64,000 bases of DNA, from positions 2,604,001 through 2,668,000 of the forward strand of contig CP075493.1 of the NCBI GenBank assembly GCA_021613535.1. Reading direction: 5' to 3'. This DNA comes from Adineta vaga (lineage: Eukaryota > Animalia > Rotifera). The position numbers and the translations under genes were made by a program. Of this stretch, positions 13,686 through 25,043 are shown piece after piece. The notes below the pieces were generated by a model. That model saw only the letters and a list, made by a program, of their open reading frames with translations, searched no databases and was not told the origin of the DNA. Within the stretch, counting starts at the first letter, position 1, and the number at the start of each line of letters is the position of its first letter.

Positions 13686-14430
13686 AAAATAAAACTTTTT
13701 TGTTCCCCTTTTTTTATTTTGTCATTGAAATTTATTTATATAAATTAATATGATGTAGAAAATTGAAATAGCACGCACTTTTCTCAGAATATTGTCAATG
13801 AAATCAAATGTATATCTGTATTTATTGTTCTTTAGAAAAAAGATAGAAAAGAAAGTAAATGCATTACCTTGATAGGTGGCTAAATATTTTATGAGATGTT
13901 GAATCTTATATTGTTATTTACATAAAAAGGAAGTGTTTTGTTTCCAGTACTTTAGTAGATCACTGAGTATTGCACTTTAGCATAGATTAGTTTTCTAACG
14001 GCTTATGCAAAAAAAGACTTTGTTCTATCGGTAAAACATTTTATCGAGAGATTTCTTTTTATTTGCATTTAAACGATTGTAATTGGTTTTCTATTTTTGA
14101 AGAAATTAGCCTATTCTACCATAATGATTACTAGCCGGATCACTCATTCATCGTCTTGCACATAGAATTATTCTTAAATGTGCTTCTTCTTTTTATCAAG
14201 GTATGTTTACCTCGTAATCGTTAAAAAACATCATGCGATTTAATACTATTTGCAGCTGACGAGTGAAATCAGCGGTAATTGATATTCTGAGAAAAAGACC
14301 ATCTGTTTTTCTCGACTATTACATTCACACCGATTAGTCGATTAAAATTTGAACGTGCATATCTATTTATTTCGATTTTAATCTTATCATTTAGTATTGT
14401 AAGCTATATGACTACATAGTATGATTCTAG

Positions 14431-15606
14431 ATGAACGTTTCAAGATATGATATGTGGCATGATACGATTCGTCTTGGTCTTGTTCGAATCTTTTATCCAT
14501 GTTTAATGATTTTTGGTACCATCGGAAATATTTTATGTTTGAAAATTCTTTTACGAAAACGTTTTCGTCGACAATCAACATGTCAATATTTATGTATACT
14601 TGCTGTCATTGATATTTTATTTATTTATACGCGATCAGTACGTTATTTATATCGGTATATGTTCCAAATGGATTTACGAAATACATCATTGTGGATGTGT
14701 CGTTCATTTATATTCTTTTCTTCGACACTTTCACATTTAGCTTCATGGATTCTCGTTATTGTCAGTTTTGATCGATATTTTATTATGAAAAATCGTTTTT
14801 CATATCGAAATGCTGGACAGCGTGTAATGATAACAACATGCTTTCTCATTCTAATCATTAGCTGTATCAATGCACATTATTTCGCTATTTTAGGTAAGCA
14901 TAAAAAAACTCAAATAAACTTCAATCGTGTCTTTTTTCTAGGAATTACCATGAAATTACGTACTTCTAATCATCAAAAATCTCGAAATCTATCCAATGAC
15001 ACTCAAAATTTTATCAATCGTTTCGTATGTATGGCACGAACAGAATCTAAACATTTCTTTCGTTTCTATCAACCAATCATTGATCTCTTACTAGTAGCTA
15101 TCATTCCATTTTTTCTACTAATTTTTGCAAATATTGGCATTATACGTACAACCGTGCGTACAAATATTTTACGTAAAACATCACGAAGACAAAAACGAAA
15201 CAATCGTCTAACGATTATGCTTCTATCCGTAATCTTGTCATTTATCTTATTAACATGTCCATCTGTTATTTATATTTGTGTAAATCGTTTACAATCATCA
15301 TTAAGATTTTCGGATACAAAATTAGTTGTACTGGATTTATTTGAAGCATTATGGTATACAAAACATACATTAAATTTTCTTCTATACACATTAAGTGGAC
15401 AAGATTTTCGACGAGAATTTCGAAAGTTAATTCTATGTTCGAAACGAAATGCATCGAAAACATTACGTCATCGACGACATCGTCAACAAAAAGGTGGTGA
15501 AAGTATTTTTTCAGCAAATTCATATGTTTCAACACATCGAACATCATCGATTACAATTCAATTACATCAAACTCAAACAAAAACAACGGTTTTATGGACA
15601 AATTAA
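14431..15606 (+). CDS. Rhodopsin-family GPCR, FMRFamide/peptide-receptor-like; probable 48-nt in-frame intron 14894-14941
   Basis: Seven hydrophobic segments; GTIGN (TM1), LAVID (TM2), SFDRY (TM3), IIPF (TM5), LLTCP (TM6), NFLLYTLSGQDFRREF (TM7/H8). Confidence 0.9.
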   Translation: MNVSRYDMWHDTIRLGLVRIFYPCLMIFGTIGNILCLKILLRKRFRRQSTCQYLCILAVIDILFIYTRSVRYLYRYMFQMDLRNTSLWMCRSFIFFSSTLSHLASWILVIVSFDRYFIMKNRFSYRNAGQRVMITTCFLILIISCINAHYFAILGKHKKTQINFNRVFFLGITMKLRTSNHQKSRNLSNDTQNFINRFVCMARTESKHFFRFYQPIIDLLLVAIIPFFLLIFANIGIIRTTVRTNILRKTSRRQKRNNRLTIMLLSVILSFILLTCPSVIYICVNRLQSSLRFSDTKLVVLDLFEALWYTKHTLNFLLYTLSGQDFRREFRKLILCSKRNASKTLRHRRHRQQKGGESIFSANSYVSTHRTSSITIQLHQTQTKTTVLWTN

Positions 15607-16043
15607 TTTATAATAGAATGTATTCAATGTATTTTTGTGTTTTGTTTGCTGACGAACAAGAAAAGAAAAACATAACAAAACCTTTCTGTTTTTTTTCTTT
15701 TTTGATGAATTATGTTCATATTTGAACTCGCTACTTCTTTTCATCTAATAATAACCAACGTTTATTACATATTCATTGAAGAAAGCTTTTAGTCTAAAGT
15801 GAAAATGTCGGTGTAAATTGAGAGTATGATCTAGTGCTACATGTTATCAAGTGAAACTATAAACTCTCTACACGCGATATCGTATTCAGAGAAGAACGTT
15901 TTTAAGATTTCCAGGTATGATCTTCCATTGATGCTGTGAAAAGAGAATTCGAAAGAGAATGAAACAAAGATTTCAGATTGTCAGCATTGCATATTGTCTT
16001 GAATGATATTTACTTTTGAAATGAAAAAACATAGCACAGGATT

Positions 16044-16490
16044 TTAATAATGTCCACGTGATTGAAAATGTACTTGTGTTAAAGGATTAGTCAGTTGCCC
16101 ATTTATGCCATGTTCTCGATCATGAATATTATCATCAAGTGATTTTCGTCCTTGAAAACCATCGGATAAATGTTCATCATTTTGTGTTTTTCCTTGATTG
16201 AATCGATGTTCAAAATGTTGTTGTGCATCTCGATTAGTTTCATAGTGGACTGCTTGAATTGGTGGTTGTCGAGTACCAGCAAAAGCTCTTCTACTTTGAG
16301 ATGGTGATCTTTGATAATGTATATCATTCCTAAATCGTTGACCAGTAGGATTACTCATTCGTTGTTGTGTACCTTCTCCAAGGCTAGCACGTCGTCCAGC
16401 TTCATAACCTGCCGAAAAACCGTCGGCGTAACTATTAGGAAGTTCATGTCGATCTATCGATAAACGTGCAGCTGGTCGACCTTTTTGCAT
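16044..16490 (-). CDS. Hypothetical hydrophilic protein, 148 aa, intronless
   Basis: ATG-to-stop ORF with coding-like, GC-richer composition than its flanks; no family recognised. Confidence 0.6.
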   Translation of the reverse strand: MQKGRPAARLSIDRHELPNSYADGFSAGYEAGRRASLGEGTQQRMSNPTGQRFRNDIHYQRSPSQSRRAFAGTRQPPIQAVHYETNRDAQQHFEHRFNQGKTQNDEHLSDGFQGRKSLDDNIHDREHGINGQLTNPLTQVHFQSRGHY

Positions 16491-17103
16491 GTCTATGAAT
16501 GATGAGAATTTAAAAGAAAAAAGAACTTAACAAATAAAACGATTGCAATAAAATAATTGAATTTCAGCGCCATTGGAAATTTCTTTCAGCGAACTAATTG
16601 TAATTTGTTCAACATAACAACAACCTAATTTCTTGAGAAGTAAACACAAGTAATTAGTCTTTCAAGAATCGTTCTTCATGTTCAATATTTTCATAATGAA
16701 GACTATTTATTTCATTTCTAGCTGTTTTTCTTTTTGTTTCCTTTCTCCGTCAATGATATTTTAAGTACTTATCAGGTTAACAATCTTATTATTTGACATT
16801 CATGACATCTTTGTATATTTTATACTCTATTCTCGCATTATTGTTCTTTCTCTAAACATCTTTTTCGTTAATAGCTATATTTTATTTTCAAAAACAAGGC
16901 AGAAAATAAAATTAACTTATTATCAATTCCAATCAGAAAATAAGAGCATAGAAAAACTAGCATAGGTGATGAAAAGTAGAGGAAAAAAACCAATTCTCAC
17001 TCAGTTTCAAGTAGCATAAAATACCACTCCAAACATAAAACGATATATACTTATTGTTTCCATATTAGTTATCACGTTCATTTCTTAAAAAGACATTTCC
17101 ATA

Positions 17104-17436
17104 ATGGAGAACGATTCAGGTGCTATTGCTATAGGTCTTGGAGCGGGTCTTGGTGGATTTGTTGCTGTTGTAAGAAATCTTTTCTTTGTTAAACATTATC
17201 TTCATGTATAAAACATCTTTAGATCATTATTGGTTGTATTCTATGGAATGTTTTCTGTGGATCGTAAGTTTGAATTGATCGTCTTGTTTTATTATTGTAT
17301 TTTTGTTTTTAGTTGGTGTGATAAAAAGAAAGTACAAACAAAAGCAGTTCAAATTCCATTACAAAATCAGCGAATACATAGAACTGAACCGCCATATACA
17401 ACTCAAACTAACGTTACACCTTTTACTTCAGATTAA
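17104..17436 (+). CDS. ~76-aa single-pass membrane microprotein, 3 exons (17104-17169, 17223-17263, 17313-17436)
   Basis: Two GTAAG...AG introns of ~50 nt with compatible phases give MENDSGAIAIGLGAGLGGFVAV|IIIGCILWNVFCGS|WCDKKKVQTKAVQIPLQNQRIHRTEPPYTTQTNVTPFTSD*. Confidence 0.75.
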
Positions 17437-18550
17437 TGTACAAATAAATACTCGTTATAATTTAGAATTATAATCATAGAGTATAAAAACGTTCGATGTT
17501 CTTCTACTCAGTTTTTTTTTCTTGCTATTATTATATCGTACAATTTTTTTCTTCGATTTTTGTAATTATAAATATTTTACTGATGAAAACATTGAAATAT
17601 CAGAATATTCAGAGAATTTTTTCATATAGATAAATTATTGTCAACTATAGTTTATTTGGTTGAATATCAATACTTCTTTTCAACAACTTCAAAAGACTTC
17701 TTTGAGAACATTTTTCTTTTCTGTCATTATGGATAATTGATTATAATATGTGAATACATGAGATATTCATGACTGGGTTGATTAGTTTACAGAAGACTAC
17801 ATGAACGTTTCTATTCTTAGTATTATATGAATTATTTAATCTCACATCGTGAATATCGAACATCTTATCAATATTACAATTGACTTATTCTGAATAGTTC
17901 TTTTGATAATACGAAACGACAATAGTTCATATACATACTCTTGACATGAATTACCTACAAAGTGGTATTATATTGCCGATACCAATATATAAGTGTTATA
18001 TATATTTATATAATTATTGAATAGTAAATTTCAGTTTTCTTGAATTTGTCCCTTAAAAACGTCGATATTGTTTCTCTCACCAATCAACGTAGTTTTATAA
18101 CGATTAATTCTAAGTTCTTTTTCATAATGTAGTCTGTTCTATATTTGAATACATGTCAAAGTATAATATACATAGTCCATACCTATTTTTTTCTTTTCTT
18201 CATATTATATTCTAAATTATTTCATTTTAATCATTACTTATTAACATATAATTATTTATCCAAGGTACGTCATGTTTCATTCCTTTTTCTTTTTTTTCTT
18301 TGTTTCTTAAAGTTTGCTTTCTCTTGGTTACTATTGAATCTTCTTTTCTCAAATTGAAGACACGGCGCATTTAATGAAGGACGTGCACATTGTCATTGCC
18401 GAGAATATGAAAAGTTTTTCTTTTCTTCTTCTTCTTCTTCTTCTTTTTCTTAGCACATTTCTTTTCCCTATATTATTCGTCAGAGAGGAAAGAATAAACA
18501 TTTGAAATCGTCTAACAAAGTAAACGAGGAAAACTAAATCAAGGGATATT

Positions 18551-19414
18551 ATGAACGACGAATCAATCGATGATTGTATCTTATTATCACAAGATCCTAC
18601 ATTAATACCAAGGTATGAAGAATTTCTTCGATAAGTTTATCTTAAAAAACTAATGTTGAGAAAGAAAACATGCATTTAAATAACACTTTTTTTCTCTTTC
18701 TCGACGTTGTTGTAAAGAAATATATCAATGATAAATTCTATATCTTTTCTTTTTCTTCTTTGAAGAAGAAAATTTAACTTATCTCCCACGCCTACTTATA
18801 ATAGTCGAGCTATTTACGTGAAGGTAAAACTGGTATATTTTTATGATTTCTATCGTTTTATTTTCCTATGTCAATATAAGAGTAATGAAAAAAATGCAGC
18901 CAGAAAGATAAGAATACTAGTAGCGTTCTTTCTTTTTATGCTTAAAATTTCTCTTTTTCTTCAGATCAGTGGAAATGATGAAAGGAGATGATCCCGCATT
19001 TGTTGTTGATGAAATATCTAGTATAGTAAAATCAACAATTGAACGAGTCATTGGCGGCAAAACATATGAACATAATCAAGTAAATCGGTGGTCCGCTGAT
19101 ATTGTCGATCAAACATTAACGGAATTAACTAATTTAAAAAAACCATTTAAATATATTGTACATGCAGTAAGTCATTGTATTCAATTACGATGAATTATCT
19201 AGTAGAATTAATGTAGGTTTTAATGCAAAAGAATGGAGCTGGTATTCATACAGCTAGTTCTTGTTTTTGGGATAATACAACTGATGGTAGTTGTACTGTT
19301 CGGTAATGCGTTAGATCTTGTTTTCGAAATGATTTTATGTTTTTTTTCTATTCTAGTTGGGAAAACAAATATGTTTATGCTATTGTTTCAGTTTTTGGTT
19401 TATCTAATTACTAA
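18551..19414 (+). CDS. DYNLT1: Dynein light chain Tctex-type (DYNLT1/3-like); 4 exons
   Basis: AFVVDEISSIVKSTIERVIGG...LKKPFKYIVHA|VLMQKNGAGIHTASSCFWDNTTDGSCTVR|WENKYVYAIVSVFGLSNY*. First exon 18551-18612 is inferred from splice phase. Confidence 0.92.
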
Positions 19415-19613
19415 ACAAATATAATCGTCGCTCTCTGTTTTTTTTATCTATTCTTTTGCTTTTAGTCCATTGATATATTCTTTTTCTATAATAAAAAAAA
19501 AGAAGGAAACCTAATAAATAAATCTTGATAAAAATGTATTCATTCATGTCCTCTTTTTCTCTCGTGTCTGACCAAAACAATTTTTTTTTTCAATTTGTAG
19601 AAAGATTAAAAAT

Positions 19614-20957
19614 ATGTGTGGTCGTTTTGCTTGCGGTTTAGCTCCTGATGTTGTACGTCGTCTTTCGACTTATATGCATTCTCAAACACATGAAACAATT
19701 GTACCACCATTTATTGATTTAATGCCATCAACACGATCTTTTCGATCAAGTTGGAACATTTCTCCAACTTCAACTTGGTATGTTACATTGATTCGTTGAA
19801 AATATGAAAAATCAAAAAATCTTTTTCTCATTTAGTCTTTGTTTAATATCGGCCAAACATTTAGATGAAACAGAGGATTCATCAACAAGAGTTCTCTGTT
19901 CAATGCGTTGGTCACTTGTTCCACATTATTTTAAAGGTAATCTATCAGATTTTAAACCTGTTTTAAACAATTGTCGATCGGAAACTATCAATGAAAAACC
20001 AACATTTAAAAGACCTTTAAGTAATGGTTATCGTTGTGTCGTGCTTGCTGAAGGGTAATTTATAGAGTTGATTTTTAAAATTATGAAAAACATTTCCTGT
20101 TTTTTTCTAAATCTAGATTCTTCGAATGGAAGAAGAATGTATCAAAAGTACCTTATTTTATCTATCAATCCGAACCATTTCTTAAAGAAAAACATTATCC
20201 AAATATAAATGTGGATAAGATTCTTGAGAATACAAATGAAAAACTACCATTATTAGCGATGGCTGCTCTTTTTGATATTAATGAAAATTTCGATGTATGT
20301 ACCGATCAATGTTCGATATCTGAGCTGAACTTGAAATTATTTATTTAGACTGATCCATTGTATTCATGTGCAATATGTACAGTTGATGCAAGTGAATCTA
20401 TGCGAGATGTACATGTTCGAATGCCGGTAATAGAAAATAAAACAAACGATTGTAATTGTTAATTTTAATACATTATTTTCAAGGCAATTCTTTCAAGTCA
20501 ACAGGAGATCGATGAATGGTTGGATTTTGGTCGATATAAAACGGAAGAAGTAAGATTTATATATTTGAATCTAGAAAACAATTTTGAGAATAATTATCAG
20601 ATTCTTCCATTACTTGTTCCTCATGATGATATACAAATGTATCGAGTAACATCCAATGTTGGTTCAACAAAAGTAAATGATATGAATAATATTCGACCGA
20701 TGAATATCGATAAAGAAAAGTAAGACAATGATTTTCTTATTTCACTAAATGAGTTATTGAATTCTAGTAAAACAATATCATCAAATCAAAACACCCTTGA
20801 TTCATTTGTAATTAAAAAAGCACCGAAGAAATATTTCGAAGATCGTGTATTAAAAGATGAAACCAACAAAAATCTATCTCGTAAACGTACACAAAATGCA
20901 ATTGATGATTATATGTTTAAAGAATCGAAATCATCATCGAAGCGTTTGAAAAAATAG
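19614..20957 (+). CDS. HMCES: HMCES / SRAP-domain abasic-site processing protein; 7 exons
   Basis: N-terminal MCGRF (Cys2), WNISPT, MRWSLVP, NNCRSE, RCVVLAEG|FFEW, VHVRMP|AIL, YRVTSNVG. Confidence 0.93.
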
Positions 20958-21558
20958 ATCTTTCTCTTTTTTGTTTTATTTAATATTTTAGATATTTTTT
21001 ATTTCATTGTATAGTAATCCTGTCAGATGAAACTTGATAATTATTTAATCTCGATGAAAAAGAAAAGTCACTTTTTTTATGATGTATTTTTCTTTTATGT
21101 AACCGCAAAACGTTATCTTAATTGTCACTATTTTACTTACTTTTATTACATAAATACATTCTCGATTGTATGAAATCGTCGAAAAGATTATGTGGGTAAA
21201 GATTCTTTTTACATCGTTATCGCTCTTCTATTGATTGAAATCACAAAAGGCTGAGACAAACGAAAGAATATTTTTCTCAATTGTAATGAATACGACGAGA
21301 TGAAACATAAGGTGTTTACTCAGTTGTTTTGAAAACTAACTGCACCAACTTGAATGTACGACTTTGATCAACCAAGGATGATAAAAATAAATCGATTTAC
21401 ATATTATTTACAGAAGAATCACTGTTTCATACAATGTGTTTTTCATTTCTTTTCTCTATTGACTTCAGTGATGTGTATTAGACGACAAGATCATGTTGAG
21501 TTTTATTCAATAAAAAAAGAATTCTTTTACACTATTTTAAAACATATAAGTCAATTTC

Positions 21559-23633
21559 TCAAAATCGATGGTCTCTCGATTTTTGTGATAATTCATTTGA
21601 TATCATCGTACTTGTTTGAAGTTGATTATTATCTATTAATAATGGTTGTTCTAACATTGATGCACGCATATTATTAGCTGAATCTTGTTGTGATTGTAGA
21701 CAACCAATTAGATAACATATGAGACCCGCAAGAAACATCATAATAAACAGGATTGCAATACCGAACAAAACTATTGCCCAAATCGGTAAGAAACCGTGAA
21801 AGACTTTATCTTCATCACGATAATTCGTATTCACTTCACGTTGAACCATTTTCACTAATTGACATGTATTCAATTGATAATGAAATAATTGTTTAGATGA
21901 GTCATTGTATAAAGTTTCGTAATCAGAAAAGAATCGACCTAAAGAACAAATCTCATTTATTTGTGTAAAGAGCAAATTTTAATCATACATTGAACTTCTT
22001 TAATGAATTGCATTGTACATATCGTTGAATAAATATCTCCAAGAAGTTGAGCAGTTGCATATCCAGATGTTAAACGATGAATAATATCATTCTCCAATTC
22101 ATGAAAGACCCATTCGTTTCCATTTTGTTCGATTAATTTATTTAATTGATTTCTGTCAATATCACTTGTACAATTTGTTGGATCGATCATGACGTGAACA
22201 AGTGCATCAAAATGTGGTTGAACACGTAGTTGATGAAGAAGATAGAGATGAATTTGTAATTTTGTTGAATTCAATAGAGGATAACTAATATATCGTAATG
22301 ATTGATATGGTTCAATTTCTGATGAATTCAATTGATTAATAGTTAGAAATGGATGAATGATGTTGATTGTGATATTTTCTAAATTATCTTCCGTATCATT
22401 TTGATGTAATTTCGCTGAAAATGATGTTAAATTGCCATTTATTAAATTGTTCAATGATAATGGATGAGATTCTATTGTCCAAGCATGATTTTCCTCCGAT
22501 AATAAAAATGATTCTTCAGTTGAATTGTTCACTTTTGCCAAGAAAACTAACTGAAAATCGACTAAATCCTTAAACATTGGCATATAAAATATTAAAACAT
22601 GATCCGAATTAGTTGAAGACAATAAAAGGAATTGATGATTAGAAAAATGCTCATTCATTGATAGTAATGGTAATTCCGATGGATTAGGATCGATAATGAA
22701 CGCATTATGAAATGCTCGATGTCGTTGATGAAATCCATTTTTCCATTGATTCTGTAATTCATAATTGAGTTCTTTCAATTGTTCAAAAGATAGATCTAAT
22801 TGCCGTTCATTGGGTTGATAAGTTGTTCCTGTTGGATAATCAATTTGAGGTGTTTGTGTCATTTCAATATGAGTACCAAGAATAGCTGTAACATACAAAT
22901 TATTAAATTCGATAAATTCTACTAGACGTGATATAGATTGAACATAAGCTGTAAAATTAGAGATGTATAAACGTCCTGGATAGAATGAATCGCCAGTGAA
23001 TAGTAAACCAGTCGAACAATCATAAAAAGCAAGCGATGACATTTCGTGACCAGGAATAGGAATGACGACCAAACGACGTTGATAATCCAATGCATACGTT
23101 CCAATCGAACGTGGCCAGTTTTCTAAATGAAAAAAACGGCTAATTGCAGCGACACTCGCACGAATAAGAGTAGTAAAATTTTTCGACTGAAATTGTACAT
23201 CACCAGCTGTATGGTCACGATGATTATGTGAATGTATAACAACTAATATCATATCTTGACGTTGTCTACCCTGTTTCCTACACCATTTTAGAATTATTTT
23301 TTCAACATACTGTTGAATTGGAAACGAAACAGATGAGACTGTTGCTCCAGTATCAATTAATAATACTGTTCTACTACTAAAGAGTAGATATAGAAATGGT
23401 GCTTCATAATTAATACATTTATTCTCTCGAAGAACAAATGTATCAGCATTTATTGAAAATTCATCTATATAACGTCGGCGAGCATCTTCCTTAAAACAAT
23501 TCTTCGATCCATGAGTCCAACTCGTTCGCAGTTTTATTGACTGACTAAGATAACTTTCTTTCGGACAATAAAGTTGTACGGTGATACTAACAGCGCTTAT
23601 CAGTAAGAAGAAGAACAGCAGCAGCAGCAGCAT
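21559..23633 (-). CDS. Bacterial-type metallo-beta-lactamase-fold hydrolase with signal peptide, second domain, TM helix and cytosolic tail (~674 aa); exons 21989-23633 and 21559-21938
   Basis: Motifs LLIDTGA, HSHNHRDHTAGD, IPGHE, LFTGDSFYPGRLY and GTHIEM. A 50-nt GTATGA...TTTAG intron (21939-21988, phase 1) puts ORF 21957..23633 in frame with ORF 21559..21975. Confidence 0.85.
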
Positions 23634-24368
23634 ACTATTCTATCGTTGATTGTAAATGAAAATGAATGACAAGATTGTTGATTATCATGTGCATTTATTC
23701 TCATCACATATATAAACAAGGATATATTTCTTTTCTATTTCGAAACTTTAAGAATATGTTGTGTGATTATTTAAATATATTCTATGCATCTTTTCATAGT
23801 TATGTATGATGAATATCTTGGTTTTGCATAAATAAAAAATGAAGAAGAACAATATGAAGTTTGTTCTTCGTTTTCTTCGTCTTATTTGTCTTCAAATTTA
23901 TAAATAATTGCTTTTCTCATCAATGTTATTCGTTTCCGTTCAAAAGAAGAAGGACAATAAACGTGTTTAATTCTAACCATAGTTGACAAACGCTCTCGAA
24001 GGAAATATCACAATTTGAGCCTATATAAAAAATGAGCTGTTCTCGTTTTTCTGTGATTTTATTCGATGTATGATAGTGTTACTGAGAATTAAATTCAATG
24101 CTTGTGAGTGAAAATGATGAGTAGTTATTAGTTAAACAGAATTTTAGATATTTGTTTTTTTGTTCCACTTAAGAGTGAAGTAAACATTGAGTTTTTAAAA
24201 AGGACAAACCTCTCTTAAACAATATTGTTAATAGAAGCTCCTCTAAAAAGAAAACTTAAATTTATTTGACTGTTGTTCAATAAATAATATCCTGAAAAAC
24301 TATTGAAGAATAAAACTATCATCTTTCATATGATCAATATAGCCTATATTTCGTCATTTTTTAGAGAA

Positions 24369-25043
24369 ATGTCACGATTTTCAACAGTTGCTGATGTACG
24401 GAATAGAAATAATTTCCAACGATATGAATGTAATACGAATATTAATACAAGAAATTATGTTTCATCTCAATTACCAACATTGCCTATGCCATGTCATGAT
24501 TTACGTTTATCTGTCTCTGATCCAGTTCAATCGCCAAAACTATTATCTACATCCACCTCTCGATCATCAACTCGTACAATATTATCGAATCGACGAGATA
24601 GTGAACAAGAGAAGAATATGAAAATGACAAATGTGAATACTCAAAGATCTCTCATTCGATCTGTATCTTATTGTCCGACGTCTTCTCAGCGAGATATATT
24701 CGATGAACATATGGCACTTTTTGCAGATTCATTTTCTGTTGTTCGAATATCTCTCCTTGCAAGCAATGGTTCGAATCAGTCGCCTAATTTATGTAAAAAT
24801 TCCAATCATGACCAAAAAACATGTAAAAGAATGAAAAGAAATCATAAACGGGTCGAACGACAAAGAAATGAACATGTCGAAGAACTCTCATCTTCATTAA
24901 ATGATATATCACAATCAACAATTACAGTTGATCAAGATTACGATTATGTTAAAACGACTTCATTAGTAGAAGATTTGCCATATATACCTACCACTACAAT
25001 TCGGAAACAATTACATGTTTATTTACCAAAAATAACTCGTTAA
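24369..25043 (+). CDS. Hypothetical Ser/Arg-rich protein, ~224 aa, intronless
   Basis: Long ORF in very AT-rich DNA; likely start ATG 24369 (MSRFSTVADVR) follows a TTTTAG acceptor-like site; no family recognised. Confidence 0.6.
   Translation: MSRFSTVADVRNRNNFQRYECNTNINTRNYVSSQLPTLPMPCHDLRLSVSDPVQSPKLLSTSTSRSSTRTILSNRRDSEQEKNMKMTNVNTQRSLIRSVSYCPTSSQRDIFDEHMALFADSFSVVRISLLASNGSNQSPNLCKNSNHDQKTCKRMKRNHKRVERQRNEHVEELSSSLNDISQSTITVDQDYDYVKTTSLVEDLPYIPTTTIRKQLHVYLPKITR

Noticed and set aside
12421-23633. Beta-lactam metabolism cluster (penicillin acyltransferase-family C45 plus beta-lactamase-fold gene)
   Set aside because: Family names only; both folds are broad-specificity, the genes are 8 kb apart with unrelated genes between, and there is no NRPS or IPNS.
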